From sequence record DRR378314_729: 59,122 nucleotides of DNA, one strand, 5' to 3'. A program made the translations under genes and the position numbers. Positions 56,655-59,122 of this stretch are shown in pieces (the first letter of the stretch is position 1; every line of letters begins with the position of its first letter). The notes beneath the pieces are model-generated. The model worked only from the letters and a program-made list of their open reading frames with translations. It had not been told where the DNA came from and ran no database searches.

Positions 56655-58154
56655 ATGGCGAATTGTGGATATGTAACCCTGCCCAATGGGCGCCAGATTC
56701 ACTTCCGCGCCGAAGGCTCCGGCCCGCCCTTGCTCGTCCTGCACCCTTCGCCGCAGCATTCCGGGGCGATGGGCGCCGCCCTCAACGCCTTCTCCCCGCT
56801 TTGCACCTGTATCGCGATGGATACGCCCGGCTATGGCTGGTCGGATGCGGTCGCGCTGGAAACGCCCACAGTTTCCGACTACGCCATCGTGCTCAATGAC
56901 GCGATGACGGCACTCGGCTTTGACAGATACTTTGTCTATGGCGCTGCCACGGGTGCGCAGTTCGCGGCAGAACTCGGCAAGCTCTATCCGGATCGCGCCA
57001 GATTCGTGATGCTGGATTCCAACGGCCACATCTCCGATGAAATGGCGACGCGCCTGATCGACAGTGGCTATTTCGCGGATGCTACGCCGCGCCGGGATGG
57101 CGGACACCTGCTGACCTATTGGGACATGTGTCGCCAATTGTTCTTCTCTTTCCCGTGGAACTCGGATGATCCGGCCGAACGCCTGGGGCTGGACCTTGCG
57201 CCGGCTGACATGACGCATGCGATATTCCTGCGATACCTGCTCGCGGGGAAAGATTACGCCAAAGCCTACAAGGCTGCGCTCCACTCCGAGAAACGAGCGC
57301 ACCTTGATGGGCTGAATGTCCCCTCCATCATGACCCGCTGGGAAGGAAGCCCGGTAAAGAACATTGCGGACGACCTCATAAACATGGGCCTGCCTGAGTG
57401 CATCACCGTCCATTATGCTGACGCTGGTCTCGATGCGCGCTACGGAGTTCAGGCAGACGCCCTGAAACAACAGATCGCGACGCAGGCCCTTCCGTCTACG
57501 AACGCAGGTTCGCTGGTCAAACCTGACCCGTCGACAGATCTCCGCCGAACCTATCTGTGTACGAATTTCGGCCAGCTTCACGCCTACCGCCTTGGCGGTG
57601 GCAGTCAGACGCCCCTGGTCCTGCTGCATGCTGCGGGGCAATCCGGCGGGCAAATGCTGGGGCAGGCCGCGGAGCTGGCAAAGGACCGCCCGGTCTGGGT
57701 GATTGACCTGCCCCATCATGGCGGCTCATTCGATCTGCCTGAAGGTGGAACGATCAGCCTGGACACGCTCGCCACCTACATTCAGCTCGGCCTGAAATCT
57801 GCTGGGCTCGACCATGCCGACTTCACTGGCCGTGGCCTCGGCGGCGCCATCGCTGGCAAAATCTCCGGAAACACAGCGACCAGCGCCGTACCGCCAGCCC
57901 ATCATGAAGACCTGCCGGACCTGGCACCGCAGGATGATGGTACGCACCTGATCAGGGCATGGTCCACGTGCCGCGACATGGCAATCTTCCATCCCTTCTG
58001 GGATCATCGCGTAGCGGCCCAGCGCGACACCCCGCTCGACCTCTCGCCCGCAATCCTCCATGCAAAGACGGCGGACATGTTGCGGGTCGGCGCCAGATGG
58101 CGGGAGTTCATGCAGCTGGAACTCGCCGAAGCAGGCCTTTCAGGCATCGCATAA
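56655..58154 (+). CDS. Tandem alpha/beta-hydrolase-fold protein
   Basis: Two repeats: GSGPPLLVLH...DTPGYGWSD and PLVLLH...IDLPHHGGS; GGAGA RBS before ATG 56655. Confidence 0.85.
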   Translation: MANCGYVTLPNGRQIHFRAEGSGPPLLVLHPSPQHSGAMGAALNAFSPLCTCIAMDTPGYGWSDAVALETPTVSDYAIVLNDAMTALGFDRYFVYGAATGAQFAAELGKLYPDRARFVMLDSNGHISDEMATRLIDSGYFADATPRRDGGHLLTYWDMCRQLFFSFPWNSDDPAERLGLDLAPADMTHAIFLRYLLAGKDYAKAYKAALHSEKRAHLDGLNVPSIMTRWEGSPVKNIADDLINMGLPECITVHYADAGLDARYGVQADALKQQIATQALPSTNAGSLVKPDPSTDLRRTYLCTNFGQLHAYRLGGGSQTPLVLLHAAGQSGGQMLGQAAELAKDRPVWVIDLPHHGGSFDLPEGGTISLDTLATYIQLGLKSAGLDHADFTGRGLGGAIAGKISGNTATSAVPPAHHEDLPDLAPQDDGTHLIRAWSTCRDMAIFHPFWDHRVAAQRDTPLDLSPAILHAKTADMLRVGARWREFMQLELAEAGLSGIA

Positions 58155-58223
58155 CCGGGCAGATCCCAGCACGCAGTTCCGCGCCTTATCCGTCTGAGAC
58201 GTCCTGCTTCCACACTTGGTGGC

Positions 58224-58844
58224 ATGAGCAAGGATTCCTCCTTCATCGCCATGGGGCTTGGCCTGGTAGAGCATGCGCTGCTCGATGTGATCGCGCGGGA
58301 CAATCTGCACTTGCGGCCCGCACACATGCCGCGCACGCGGCGCGCCCGGGCCAATGGCCGGTTGAAACTGATCGAGCAAATTGTCCGACGATTGATCGCC
58401 ATGATGGCGCTCGGCCTGCATGTTGTCTTTGCGCCGCCGAAACAACGCGCGCCCTCGCCAGATTTGCCGGACGGCGTGGAGATAGTCATATTTCCCGGCG
58501 CGGTGGAGTATCATCTCACCCTCCTGCCAGCCTCACAACAACTCAACCTATCAGAGCCGTTTCCAGAAATTGCACGCAATGGTTGTGCGCGTGCCGGCCC
58601 GGTCTCCACGGCCAGATTGCTCGCCCGCGTCCGGGCGCTTCATCGCCTCCTGAAATCTCCTGAAGCTGCCGCCAAACGTCTCGCCCGCAGCTTCCAGCGC
58701 CTCAAGGCAAAGGGCCGCCCCAGCCCGGTGGCGGGTCCTGCGCCGAATGCGTTTCGCCTCAACGCCGAGCTTGGCGCACTCTCGACCGCCCTTCCCGGTC
58801 TGCTGAACGCAAGGCTGATGTCGGCCTGGACTGATTCCGGCTGA
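58224..58844 (+). CDS. Hypothetical basic protein
   Basis: 206-aa ORF filling the gap before purA; no recognisable motif. Confidence 0.55.
   Translation: MSKDSSFIAMGLGLVEHALLDVIARDNLHLRPAHMPRTRRARANGRLKLIEQIVRRLIAMMALGLHVVFAPPKQRAPSPDLPDGVEIVIFPGAVEYHLTLLPASQQLNLSEPFPEIARNGCARAGPVSTARLLARVRALHRLLKSPEAAAKRLARSFQRLKAKGRPSPVAGPAPNAFRLNAELGALSTALPGLLNARLMSAWTDSG

Positions 58845-59122
<278 letters not shown>

Overview
GC-rich alphaproteobacterial chromosome segment. Gene content and order suggest Caulobacterales/Hyphomonadaceae (inference, not a database result). It is mostly core genome: ilvE, a MarR/OmpR/EnvZ-like module, zapE, rpoH, cysG-cysI-cysH sulfate assimilation, mnmC, pspF-pspABC, hpf-ptsN, rnd-lptCAB-rpoN, a nucleoside-salvage cluster, serC-serA and the start of purA. 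I saw no integrase, transposase, prophage, tRNA, rRNA or CRISPR array. The best candidate for an undescribed system is a translationally coupled operon (YqcI/YcgG heme guanidine N-hydroxylase-like, single DUF1989, DUF421) behind a consensus EcfG general-stress promoter. It lies back-to-back with rpoH, which has its own EcfG promoter. Other notable items: (2) a sigma54 psp operon with three extra small membrane ORFs, two absent from the ORF track; (3) a membrane protein with an N-terminal primase-like zinc ribbon; (4) a GST inserted into the cys operon; (5) a tandem alpha/beta-hydrolase lacking both nucleophile serines. All family calls come from motif recognition by eye.
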